Origin: Chthonomonadales bacterium
GTDB lineage: Bacteria; Armatimonadota; Chthonomonadetes; Chthonomonadales; Chthonomonadaceae
Direction of reading: 5' to 3'
DNA length: 22,221 nucleotides
Assembly (NCBI GenBank): GCA_038217285.1
Contig: JBBQPO010000071.1
Location: 1 to 22,221, forward strand
Part shown: positions 8,156 through 17,111 of the stretch, one piece after another
How positions within the stretch are numbered: position 1 is the stretch's first letter
Layout of the letters: each line of letters starts with the position of its first letter
Notes under the pieces: model-generated
What the model saw: only the letters and a program-made list of their open reading frames with translations
Databases searched by the model: none
What the model was told of the DNA's origin: nothing
Program-made: the position numbers and the translations under genes

Positions 8156-11100
8156 TTACCGTCCTACGGTGAGCGGAACGATCTGGCGGACCGTATGACC
8201 TTCGCTGTCCTGAGCGCGGACTTCGATGGTGTAGAGGTCACTCGGCACCGCCTGCCCACGATTGTCCTTCATATCCCACACCACTTCCGAGGTTCCGGCG
8301 GCGGCGCGCGTTCCTGCGCCGACGGTCCGGATCAACTGTCCGCCCTTCATGATGCCGACCTGGATGGTGGCATCGGCGGTCGTATTGTAGGAGATGCTGA
8401 CCGAACCGGTCGTTCCTGCAGCGCGGCCCGGATGGTACTGCGCGGACAGAGAGGACAGGCTCAGCTTTTGCCGTTGCGCCGCACGGGTCTCCAGGTGGAA
8501 GTGCCGTACAACGCCGGTGGCTCCGGCAGCCATGGTGTAGTTGCTGCGCCCACGCAGATCCAGGGTCGTCTTGGAGTCCACATCCGTAAGGATAAGGTCT
8601 TTGCGACGGCCTACCTGGGCCAGATTAGGCCAGTTCAGGGTCACCGGTTCGTTGGGCACAGTGGAGGTGACGGTGAAGTCCCATTTCTGTGTCAACGAAA
8701 CCGCCGAGCGGACATCGACACTGTAGTGTCCCGCTTTGTCGGCCCATTCAGGATGATCGAAGGCCAGAGTGACGTCTTTCTTCGAGACGGCAGGGGGAGC
8801 CTCCAGCTTGTAGCGATCGTAGGTGTCGAGGGCGGCGCGGGTCTGTCCGACGGTTGCCGGGGCAGACTTGCGGCTGCCGACCTCTGCCACCATGTTGAGC
8901 ATCCAGCCGTCGGTCTGGCGATTGCCAGCGGTGAGCACTCCACGGGTGTCGTGTGCCGCACGATCCTGGCGCGCATTCGGGCTGATGATCAGGGTGATGA
9001 TCGCCCCCGAGGTGCGTTGCCCGACCTGGCGGTTGTCGAAGGCCCGGATCCAGTAGCCCCGGTAGGGATCGAGCGTATAGGCGACCTGATAGGTCCCGCT
9101 CGAATATGTCCAGAGCGCCGCCCCGAGGGACGGGTTCGAGCCGCTCTGCGCGGTCAGGACATCGAGGAGCTGTCCGTCGGCGCCCACTACCTTGAGGTTC
9201 AGGAAGTTGACGGGGTACGGGAACGGTTCGCCGATCAGGTTCCAGCCCGGTTTGAGGGCGATACGGAACGAGCCGTCCTGCGTGTTGTAACCCGCATGCG
9301 TCGGATCGGGTGCGACCGTGTCTTTCGCTTCCACTCCCTTGATCGTCAGCGCCAACGAGGTATTGCCGTTGGAATCAGCGAGGAAGTAGCCGCGGCCCAG
9401 ATGGAACGTGTCCGCCGGCGGAGTCGGGAAGAACACGTAGCTTGCGGTCTCATTCAGCCAGGTGATGAAGGAGAACGCCCCGCTGCTGACGTCCGAGGCC
9501 GGCACTCCGAAGAGAGTGGCGACATTGCTGTTGGCAATGCCGGCGTACTCGTAGGGCGCCGATACCAGAGAGAGTCGCGGCGAACCGTCTATCGGGTTGA
9601 CTCCACTGTCGAACGTGTTCAACGGGTCGATGGTGAAGTTGACGCCGGTCGTCTCCGCTCCCGTATTGATGAGCACGGTCTGCGTCGGGGACGGATCCGG
9701 CAGGTAGCCATCTTTGCGTGTCCCGACGATGACGTTGCCGCCGGCAGGAACATTGGTCACCACGTAGTTGAACACGTAGCTCCCCTTGGTCTGCGTTGCT
9801 CCGGTCGTCACCTGTCCGAGCACGGTTCCGTTCGCGTCTACCACCGCGACGGTGGCTCCGGGAACCGGAATGCCCTTGGACGTCTGCACCAGACCGGAGA
9901 GGCTGCCCGGCGGAATCGGAACCAGCGCGAAGTTACCCAGCGCGTCGTTGACGAAGTCTACGACCGTGTTCGTCTTGCTGTTGACCGTAGCGGTCTTAGG
10001 TCCTGCCAGTGCGAAACCAGGCGCCGTCGCCGTCACCTGATAGACACCGACATCGACGATGGGCATCGAGTAGGTTCCGTTGGCCCCGGTCACAGCAGTA
10101 TAGACTTTGTTTCCTACGACCGCAGTGACCGTCGCTCCCGCCAGCAGCGAGGACGGGTCGCTGGCCGGTTTGTCGCTCCGGCGCACGGTTCCACTAATGG
10201 ATCCGGGAGCCAGGGTGAGGGCGAAGTCTACTATTCCGGTGACGTTCTGACTGGGCGCGACGAGAACCGCCGGCTTAGCTCCCGCCTCCGGGCCACCGTA
10301 GCTCGACGGAACGCTTCCGCCGTAGCCCAGTGTGTCCACGTTGCCGGTAGGCGCGAGCGGCGTGCTCACCATATAGCCGGTAGTGGTGTCGCTTGGAACG
10401 TTCTTTATGATATAGGTGCCATCGGTCTGGGATTTGGCCGTGAAGACTTCCCCAGTCGCGATGTTTTTCGCGATAACGATGACGCCCGCTACGGGAGCCT
10501 TCGTCGATTGCACCGTGATGGTCCCGGCAATGGAGCCGGGTTGAGCCTCGGTCAGGAAGAGGTCGGCCCGCACCGAATACCCGCCATGAAAGACCCCGGC
10601 GACCCCATGCTGGGTCAAGAAACGGGCTTTGGCGGCATCGATCGTATACGTGCCGGTCGCATCGAGGCCGGGGAGCGTAAAGGTCCCATCGGATTGAGTC
10701 ACCGCTGTCGAAGCCGTTTTACCCGTATGGTTGGAGACGGCTCGGACGAAGACACCCTTGAGCGGCTGCGTAGCGCCGGTCGAACCGTTGATCGAACGGA
10801 TACTCCCGTAGATACGTCCGGTCCGCAGGTAGTCTCCGATGTTGTGCATGATCTCCGCACGCCGGTTCTGCAGGATGATCGGGCCGGGTCCTGCACCGGG
10901 CGGGACGAAGTACTCAGGGTTGATCCCTTCCAACCCGACCGGAATATAGACTACCTTGGAGACGATAGGCGCTGCCGTATTGTCGGTAACCCAGACGATG
11001 GCAAACGAGCCGCCGATCTGCCAAGTCGCATCGAAGTCCGACACATCAGGTGTGCTGGGCGCGGTGAACGCTATCGCGTCCACAGAGACCTGATTCAGCG

Positions 11101-14100
11101 CACAGTAGTCCTTCGGGAGCATGTACTCATCCCCTTTATAGAGGGGCTTGGTAGACGGCGGTTCGTTCGGATTCGTAGGTCCCGGGTAGTTATGGAACGT
11201 GTCGTACCACGTCTCCGTGATGATCGGATGCGTGCCGCGTCCGCCAACGGGGTTCATGGTGCTGCCCCCAATAATGGGCGGGAAATTCCCGACGCTGTCA
11301 CCTACGTAAGTGGACTTGAAGACCCCGTTCAGAAACGCATTGGTCGTGCCGGGCTGTCCCAGAGAGACGCCGAAGGCCACATCCTCGCCGTTCAGGAACA
11401 TACGCCCACCGGTTTTGACGAAGTTCGTCAGCCGCACCTGGGTGTCGGTGTCGGTGATCGTACCGGGTCCGACGAACAGATCGCCGGAATAGGGCGAGTG
11501 CCAGACGATGCACCGTTCCGCTACGAAGACCGAGCGCGGACCTTTGCCCCCGGCGATGACGTCGGCAGGCTGAACTTCGATATGGCCCTTATAGGTGTTG
11601 AGAACCACATCGGGAACCGGACCACGGCACTGAACACGCCAGATGTCGTAAAGCCCGGTGATGTTATTCCCTCCCGGATCTACGGAGAGGACATCGCCAT
11701 AGGCGTTTTGACCTAGAGTCGTCAGGAAGTTCACCAGCGGAGCTTTGACGCCGCCTGTGAGCGCCGAGGTCGGCCACAGGAACTGAGCGAACTCTGTCAT
11801 CCAGCTTTCTGTAGCCGTACCGGAGTAGCTGTTGTTGAAGAAGGCGGTACCGGCTCCGAACTGAGTGTGGAAGAAACCCTGCCCGGAATCGTAGTCGTTC
11901 ACGTAGAGGACGCCGTTGACGCCCTGGAAGGGCTTCGTGGTAAATCCCCAGACGTTATCGTAGATTTTCCAGTTCGTTTTGAAAGTCGAAGCAGCGGGCA
12001 CAAAAGGATCCAGGGCCTTGTCGCGCACAATGACGTCCAGGATCCAGTCGCTCGGCAGAGCGGCGGGGGTGTTCCAGGTGTTGGTGTAGACGCCGTCGCT
12101 GGCGGTTTCGCCTTCCGGCTCATGTCCGCCTTTGGAGATGGGCCCATCGTCCCACATACGCAGCCAGTAACTGCCGTCGTTCTGGTAGTCACTGCCGGGT
12201 GTCGCCAGACCGGTCGTGTCCTGGACATAGTCCGGCGGATTGGTGCCGCCGCTGAAAGCAGTGACATCATCCACTCCGGCCAGATACTGGTTGAAACTCG
12301 GCCAGTTGGGCCTGACGGTGACATTGTATCTGGGGTTCCCACCTGGTTTCCGGAACTTGCCGCCCAGAGCATTGCTATACGGGTTGATGGCCTGTGAATC
12401 CACTTCGAAGGGTGCATCGATGACCTTGGTGCCCGCATCCAGGAAGCCCAGATTGGGGGTCGTATAGAAGACCTTGTGCTCGAAGCCGTCGCGGCTCTTT
12501 TGACTGCTTTCCGGGCATTTGATCTGTATGAAAACAGATTCCACGCCGGACTCATAGTCCACCACGCGTGTCCGGAAGCGCACTTTGTCGCCTGCCGAGA
12601 CTTCACGCACGGCGGTATCGGGAGCCGTGTCGCGGGAGACATGCACGATCTCATTGTTCTGGATATCGTACTTCAGCAGCGTGGGCGCATTGAGGTCGAG
12701 GATGGTCGACGCCCAGATGTTGAGTTCCGTCCCCGCAACCGCCGGGGTCAGTCCACGATCGCTCTGGAACACGATCCGATAGCTGCTGTTATACTGCGGC
12801 CACGTAGGATTGTCCTCGTTCGACACAAAGTTCGGGTCGAAACGAGAGGCAGGATCGTTAGGATCGATCGCCGTGCCAGGGGTGCTGGTACGCAGCTTGA
12901 GCGCCGGATTCCCCACGGATTCCTGTGTCGAGACAGTGAAACTGCCTGGAGCGCCGCCCGCCTGGATCCGAGTATGCATGAAATAGATGTCGAAGGTTGT
13001 CTTGACGCCGTTCGCGATTCCATCGCCGTTGCTGTCGGCCCGATTGCTGGCGAAAGCCAGCCGATTCTCGGAGACCGTGGGCGCGCCCGGCTCGTTGGGA
13101 ATGATGCCCAGCGGATCAGGGCGGGTAGTGCTCCAGGCAGGATTCTTATTGCTGCTTATCGGCACACCGAGGATCGAAGAAGAGTTCGTGACCTGCTTGG
13201 GATTCGGAACCGTCGGAACGGGCGTAATGACCCATATATCGGTCTGAGCCGGGTTTGCCGTCAACGATCCGGCGGTGGTCGGACCGCCGCCCGAGAAGGC
13301 TTTGCCGTTCGTGGTGAAGGCGATCAGGCGCGTATCCGGCGACCAGGCCGGAGCGGTATCGTTGCTGATACCGGTCGTCAACAGGGTGATGACACCGGTC
13401 TGCGAGTCGACTTTGTAGATGTGGTAAGGCTGCCCTGCCCCGCCGACCTGACCGGCAAAGACGATTTCGCTGCCGCCGGGTGCCCAGCTCGGATGGCGAA
13501 CATCCGTGAAGACGATGTTGGAGGCGTTGTTCTTCGTCAGCCCTAGCGGAGCGCCGCCGTTGCTGATATCGTAGACGAACAGGTTGAACCCTGCCGTCCT
13601 CGGCGTATCGAGACCGGTAGCCAGACTAAGGGTTCCGCCGGAGACATAGGCGACCTTGCTCCCATCAAAAGAGATGTTGGGCTCGATCTGGTTGATCGTG
13701 TCGGGGAGCAGTTGGGTGATGCCGGAACCGTCCGGGAACATTCGATACAGATTGAATGTCTGGTTCGCGTTCTCCGCCGTATTGGTGTCGCTCACGCGGT
13801 CGCTGTCGAAATAGATGTACTTTTCGTCCGCACTGAAGTTGGGATGTTCATCTTGCGACGGCGCCGGGACGTTGGAGTACTGCTGGGAAGGATCCTGCTT
13901 GGTCAAAAGTATCGTCTGACGAATGACGGCAGGGTCACCAGGCGCGCGCCCTGGGCTGAATTTGCCCTGCAGGCGTGATGGGAGTTTACGGTGCGTCATA
14001 TACGCGGGAATGTAGTCCATTTTACCGGCGTATTTGTGTTGACCGGCGATGGGGCCTGCAGTCGGCAGTCCGTTCGGCTGGCCGTTGACGTTTCCGTTGC

Positions 14101-14197
14101 CGCGTGCCTGGGCAGGCACACTTTGCGGAAGGGTCAACGCTAGCAGTCCGGAGAAAAGCGCGAGCAGGACAGCTGTGTTGGTTTTGGCTCTGTTCAA
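8156..14197 (-). CDS. Giant secreted multidomain protein (~2013 aa): TolB-like PD40 beta-propeller, choice-of-anchor-X-like motif, GATase-like alpha/beta segment, four carboxypeptidase-regulatory-like repeats, shared GWN module, FlgD Ig-like C-terminus
   Basis: PD40 motifs HPNFSADEKYIYFDSDR, EPNISFDGSKVAYVS, HPSWAPGGSEIVFAG, APAWSPDTRLIAFTTN, NPAWS, NPTW..RIVFQSDR; repeats starting GRIYGSIR, PGSIAGTIT, PGSISGTVR, PGSLSGLVQ; C-terminal VWDMKDNRGQAVPSDLYTIEV. Start reassigned to in-frame TTG 14197 (AGGAGG at 14209-14214, then a signal peptide) because the ORF-track start lies upstream of the promoter. Confidence 0.88.
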   Translation of the reverse strand: MNRAKTNTAVLLALFSGLLALTLPQSVPAQARGNGNVNGQPNGLPTAGPIAGQHKYAGKMDYIPAYMTHRKLPSRLQGKFSPGRAPGDPAVIRQTILLTKQDPSQQYSNVPAPSQDEHPNFSADEKYIYFDSDRVSDTNTAENANQTFNLYRMFPDGSGITQLLPDTINQIEPNISFDGSKVAYVSGGTLSLATGLDTPRTAGFNLFVYDISNGGAPLGLTKNNASNIVFTDVRHPSWAPGGSEIVFAGQVGGAGQPYHIYKVDSQTGVITLLTTGISNDTAPAWSPDTRLIAFTTNGKAFSGGGPTTAGSLTANPAQTDIWVITPVPTVPNPKQVTNSSSILGVPISSNKNPAWSTTRPDPLGIIPNEPGAPTVSENRLAFASNRADSNGDGIANGVKTTFDIYFMHTRIQAGGAPGSFTVSTQESVGNPALKLRTSTPGTAIDPNDPASRFDPNFVSNEDNPTWPQYNSSYRIVFQSDRGLTPAVAGTELNIWASTILDLNAPTLLKYDIQNNEIVHVSRDTAPDTAVREVSAGDKVRFRTRVVDYESGVESVFIQIKCPESSQKSRDGFEHKVFYTTPNLGFLDAGTKVIDAPFEVDSQAINPYSNALGGKFRKPGGNPRYNVTVRPNWPSFNQYLAGVDDVTAFSGGTNPPDYVQDTTGLATPGSDYQNDGSYWLRMWDDGPISKGGHEPEGETASDGVYTNTWNTPAALPSDWILDVIVRDKALDPFVPAASTFKTNWKIYDNVWGFTTKPFQGVNGVLYVNDYDSGQGFFHTQFGAGTAFFNNSYSGTATESWMTEFAQFLWPTSALTGGVKAPLVNFLTTLGQNAYGDVLSVDPGGNNITGLYDIWRVQCRGPVPDVVLNTYKGHIEVQPADVIAGGKGPRSVFVAERCIVWHSPYSGDLFVGPGTITDTDTQVRLTNFVKTGGRMFLNGEDVAFGVSLGQPGTTNAFLNGVFKSTYVGDSVGNFPPIIGGSTMNPVGGRGTHPIITETWYDTFHNYPGPTNPNEPPSTKPLYKGDEYMLPKDYCALNQVSVDAIAFTAPSTPDVSDFDATWQIGGSFAIVWVTDNTAAPIVSKVVYIPVGLEGINPEYFVPPGAGPGPIILQNRRAEIMHNIGDYLRTGRIYGSIRSINGSTGATQPLKGVFVRAVSNHTGKTASTAVTQSDGTFTLPGLDATGTYTIDAAKARFLTQHGVAGVFHGGYSVRADLFLTEAQPGSIAGTITVQSTKAPVAGVIVIAKNIATGEVFTAKSQTDGTYIIKNVPSDTTTGYMVSTPLAPTGNVDTLGYGGSVPSSYGGPEAGAKPAVLVAPSQNVTGIVDFALTLAPGSISGTVRRSDKPASDPSSLLAGATVTAVVGNKVYTAVTGANGTYSMPIVDVGVYQVTATAPGFALAGPKTATVNSKTNTVVDFVNDALGNFALVPIPPGSLSGLVQTSKGIPVPGATVAVVDANGTVLGQVTTGATQTKGSYVFNYVVTNVPAGGNVIVGTRKDGYLPDPSPTQTVLINTGAETTGVNFTIDPLNTFDSGVNPIDGSPRLSLVSAPYEYAGIANSNVATLFGVPASDVSSGAFSFITWLNETASYVFFPTPPADTFHLGRGYFLADSNGNTSLALTIKGVEAKDTVAPDPTHAGYNTQDGSFRIALKPGWNLIGEPFPYPVNFLNLKVVGADGQLLDVLTAQSGSNPSLGAALWTYSSGTYQVAYTLDPYRGYWIRAFDNRQVGQRTSGAIITLIISPNARQDRAAHDTRGVLTAGNRQTDGWMLNMVAEVGSRKSAPATVGQTRAALDTYDRYKLEAPPAVSKKDVTLAFDHPEWADKAGHYSVDVRSAVSLTQKWDFTVTSTVPNEPVTLNWPNLAQVGRRKDLILTDVDSKTTLDLRGRSNYTMAAGATGVVRHFHLETRAAQRQKLSLSSLSAQYHPGRAAGTTGSVSISYNTTADATIQVGIMKGGQLIRTVGAGTRAAAGTSEVVWDMKDNRGQAVPSDLYTIEVRAQDSEGHTVRQIVPLTVGR

Positions 14198-14569
14198 GGC
14201 GAGTCCTACCTCCTGGTGATTCGCATCATTAAAAGCTGGCACGCTAAGGGGGAAAGCCTGCACTACCGGCGGTGGGGGATTACCGGTATGAGTGTATGAT
14301 AGTGTTCCATGGTGCCTGGAAACCGCCACCTTCTTAAACGCCGATCTGGGGGAGATAGACGGATAAGTATGGCGAACTACTTCCTGCGTCGAGAAGAACA
14401 GCGGAGTTTTCCGTCTGTCATTCTCTCCCCAGAGATCGAATGGTGGCAGGCAAACAGGACGCCACATCGGTGGTGATCCTGCGGACCTTTTCGATACTGC
14501 ACGTAGTTCGCGGGGGGTGGATCGGCGACGAATAGAAGGCGTTTTGGGTCTGACCCCTGTCAATTTCGA

Positions 14570-14608
14570 ATTATAGCATATTGGCGGAGACAACGCAAGC
14601 TTTTTTTT
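14570..14608 (-). promoter_or_regulatory. Sigma70-type promoter of the secreted-protein cluster
   Basis: TTGCGT (14598-14593), 17-nt spacer, TG-c-TATAAT (extended -10; hexamer 14575-14570), with an A8 tract just upstream of -35 (UP-like). Confidence 0.8.
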
Positions 14609-14729
14609 CAAAAGCGGCTTGAACGGTGCCGTCGTCGGGAAATGGAATGTTCCCTATTCCCGCTACAATCCTATAGACGCGGTGTCATACGCCATTCGGT
14701 CGAACCACACAAATGCATTTTCGAGAACT

Positions 14730-15344
14730 CTACAGGTTTTTCCTGCCCCGATTCAGGGACTGCCAGAGAGTTTCTACGGCGGCGTCCAACTGCGGCAGCG
14801 AGCCGTCGTTGACGAGGACGTGATCCGCACGGGCGATCTTGCGGTCGAGAGGCCACTGCGCCGCAAGACGTCGGTCGATCTCCGCCGGATCCAGGCCGTT
14901 ACGCTGCCGCAGGCGTTCTCTCTGTTTGGCTTCCGAGGCGGCCACGACGACGACCTCATCGAACCAGGTCTCCAGACCGCCTTCGTAGAGCAGAGGGATC
15001 TCAACGACAAGGAGGGCCTCGGAGGCCAGATCGCTTCGCGCCGCCTCGATCTGTGCGCGCAGCAGGCTGCGAATGAGGGGATGCAGAATCCGTTCGAGTC
15101 GGCGGCGGGCCTCGCTGTCGGCAAAGACGAGGCGACCCATACGGCCACGATCCAAGTCTCCCAAGGAGGTCAGCATCTCGGGGCCGAACTCTGCGGCGAT
15201 TCGGCGCAGGGCCGGCCCCTTGGAAACGAGAACGGCACGGGCGGCTTCATCGGCGCTGAACGTCACGGCTCCGCGCGCCGCCAGCAGACGGGTCACGGCG
15301 CTTTTGCCGGTCGCGATACCGCCGGTGAGGCCTATAAGGGGCAT
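14730..15344 (-). CDS. coaE: Dephospho-CoA kinase
   Basis: MPLIGLTGGIATGKS P-loop, ADEAAR, LDRGRMGRLVF, LERILHPLIR, EIPLLYE, RLRQRNG, ADHVLVNDGS. ATG 15344 preferred over 15368, which abuts the rpsA terminator. Confidence 0.96.
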   Translation of the reverse strand: MPLIGLTGGIATGKSAVTRLLAARGAVTFSADEAARAVLVSKGPALRRIAAEFGPEMLTSLGDLDRGRMGRLVFADSEARRRLERILHPLIRSLLRAQIEAARSDLASEALLVVEIPLLYEGGLETWFDEVVVVAASEAKQRERLRQRNGLDPAEIDRRLAAQWPLDRKIARADHVLVNDGSLPQLDAAVETLWQSLNRGRKNL

Positions 15345-15370
15345 AGCAGGGATTTTCCGGGCAGGCATGC

Positions 15371-15414
15371 AAAAGGGAGGCGGCTTCGGCAGTTGCCGAT
15401 CGCCCCCTCCCTTT
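15371..15414 (-). terminator. Intrinsic terminator after rpsA
   Basis: AAAGGGAGG (15372-15380) pairs with CCTCCCTTT (15406-15414), inner TCGGCA/TGCCGA stem, ends TTTT on the minus strand. Confidence 0.75.
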
Positions 15415-15428
15415 GGGTCGTCTCGAGG

Positions 15429-17111
15429 CTACTCTTTAGCGGCCTCATCAGGGGTCTTTTCGGGATGCGTCTCTTCCGCGTGAGTCTCCACAGTAGGAGT
15501 CTCTTCCACAGGGGTCTCTTCGGTGGTCGCCTCGGTCGTCTCTTCGACCTCCTCGATCTCCTCGATATCGCCCATGTCCTCGAAGCCTTCTTCCTCGGTG
15601 TTATCGCGACGATGCTTCTTGCGCTCGTTGCGTTTGGCCGCGGCAAAGGCTTCGCCCAGTTGGTTGAAGCGCATATCCTGACCACCACCACCGCCAGCAA
15701 AGCGGTTGAAGTCGTCCCGATCCTCCGTGCGGTCGTTGCGTCCGCGTTTGTTCTCGCGTTCGCGGCCGCCTGTGGCCGTGCCTGCCCCAGTTCCCCCACC
15801 GGCAGCGGCGGGTTCACGCGGTTCGCGGGGCGGCGGCGGGCCGTCACGCTCTTCCGGCGGCTGAAGCGCCCGCAAGGAGAGCGTCATCTTACGCTCTTCC
15901 GGGCGCAGGGAGATCAGTTTGACGGTCACCTCTTCGTTGGCATTGAGAGGCGTCGCTCCCTTGCCGGGCCGACTGCGCGGCAGTTCCGACTGCGGGATGA
16001 TGCCTTCGACACCGTCCACCTGCACGAAGGCGCCGAACGGCACGATGCGTGTGATGGTACCGACGATGGTATCGCCTTCGGTGTACTTCTTCTTGATGTC
16101 TTCCCACGGATCGGGGAGGATCTGGCGCAGACCCAGCGAAACCCGGTTGTTCTCCAGATCCATTTTCAGGATCAGAACATCGAGTTCCTGGCCTTCGCGC
16201 AGAACTTCCTTGGGATCATTGATGCGGGTCCAGGACATCTCGGAGATATGCAGCAGACCGTCGATACCGCCGAGATCGATGAACGCCCCGTAGTTCGTCA
16301 GACGTCGCACCGTTCCCCGTCGCGTCTGGTTCGGCGCGAGCGACAGCTTCGTCTCATGACTGCGGCTCTCGCGCTCCTCGACAACGGCCAGTTTGTTGGA
16401 AAGCACTACCTTGCGGCGTTCCTTGTCCACTTCGATGACCTTGAGGGGAATAGACTGCCCGACATACTTGTCGAGGTTGGTCTTCAGGCTACCGTTGCCG
16501 ACATGCGACGCCGGCACGAAGCCACGGATACCCAGATCCACGACCAGCCCGCCCTTGACGCGCTCCTGCACCATCGCGGTGATGGTCTCACCGCTCTCCT
16601 TGGCTGCCTGTACCTTCACCCACGCCTGCTCGAAGTCGGCTCGCTTCTTGGAGAGGACAGGGATACCTTCCTGATTTTCCGGTTCCAGTACATAGACACG
16701 TATCTTATCGCCGACCTGCACGATGCTTTCCGGGTTGACATTCGGCCCGGCTTCGCGTGAGAGTTCATTGAGTCGGATAATGCCTTCGGACTTTGCGCCT
16801 ACGTCCACCAGCACCCCTTCACGATCAACGCGCATCACCATACCGTCTACGACGGTGTCCCGTTGGAGTTGCTGCAACTGGCCAAATGCGGCCATGCTGT
16901 AGCGCTCTTCATCCTCTTCCTGGGTGGCGACCTGTTCCGCGGCAGACGGCGCGGGCGTTTCATTCGCGGGTGCGGTGGGTTGCGCCGGAGCCGGTTCTTC
17001 GGTCATCGCGGGCGCGGCGGGTACAGGGTCGCCGGAATGATCAGGGTGACCATCCTCATTCGGCGACGGTGTTGCCGTCTCCGTCGATTCCAGAACCATC
17101 TCGTCAGACAT
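15429..17111 (-). CDS. rpsA: 30S ribosomal protein S1 (four S1 domains, low-complexity N- and C-terminal extensions)
   Basis: GVLVDVGAKSEGII, VKGGLVVDLGIRGFVPASHV, YGAFIDLGGIDGLLHISEMSW, FGAFVQVDGVEGII; AGAGGAG RBS at 17124-17130; adjacent to coaE. Confidence 0.95.
   Translation of the reverse strand: MSDEMVLESTETATPSPNEDGHPDHSGDPVPAAPAMTEEPAPAQPTAPANETPAPSAAEQVATQEEDEERYSMAAFGQLQQLQRDTVVDGMVMRVDREGVLVDVGAKSEGIIRLNELSREAGPNVNPESIVQVGDKIRVYVLEPENQEGIPVLSKKRADFEQAWVKVQAAKESGETITAMVQERVKGGLVVDLGIRGFVPASHVGNGSLKTNLDKYVGQSIPLKVIEVDKERRKVVLSNKLAVVEERESRSHETKLSLAPNQTRRGTVRRLTNYGAFIDLGGIDGLLHISEMSWTRINDPKEVLREGQELDVLILKMDLENNRVSLGLRQILPDPWEDIKKKYTEGDTIVGTITRIVPFGAFVQVDGVEGIIPQSELPRSRPGKGATPLNANEEVTVKLISLRPEERKMTLSLRALQPPEERDGPPPPREPREPAAAGGGTGAGTATGGRERENKRGRNDRTEDRDDFNRFAGGGGGQDMRFNQLGEAFAAAKRNERKKHRRDNTEEEGFEDMGDIEEIEEVEETTEATTEETPVEETPTVETHAEETHPEKTPDEAAKE

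Noticed and set aside
7997-11716. 1239-aa plus-strand ORF
   Set aside because: Antisense shadow of the giant minus-strand gene; Arg/Gly-rich, no motifs; typical of GC-rich codon bias
14558-14563. Second TTGACA just downstream of the -10 element
   Set aside because: No -10-like hexamer at 16-18 nt spacing
14198-14611. 138-aa N-terminal extension of the 2151-aa ORF-track call
   Set aside because: Overlaps the -35/-10 promoter and the structured leader; AGGAGG and the signal peptide fit TTG 14197. The open frame is noted but not considered coding.
14619-16760. 713-aa plus-strand ORF
   Set aside because: Antisense to clearly recognisable coaE and rpsA
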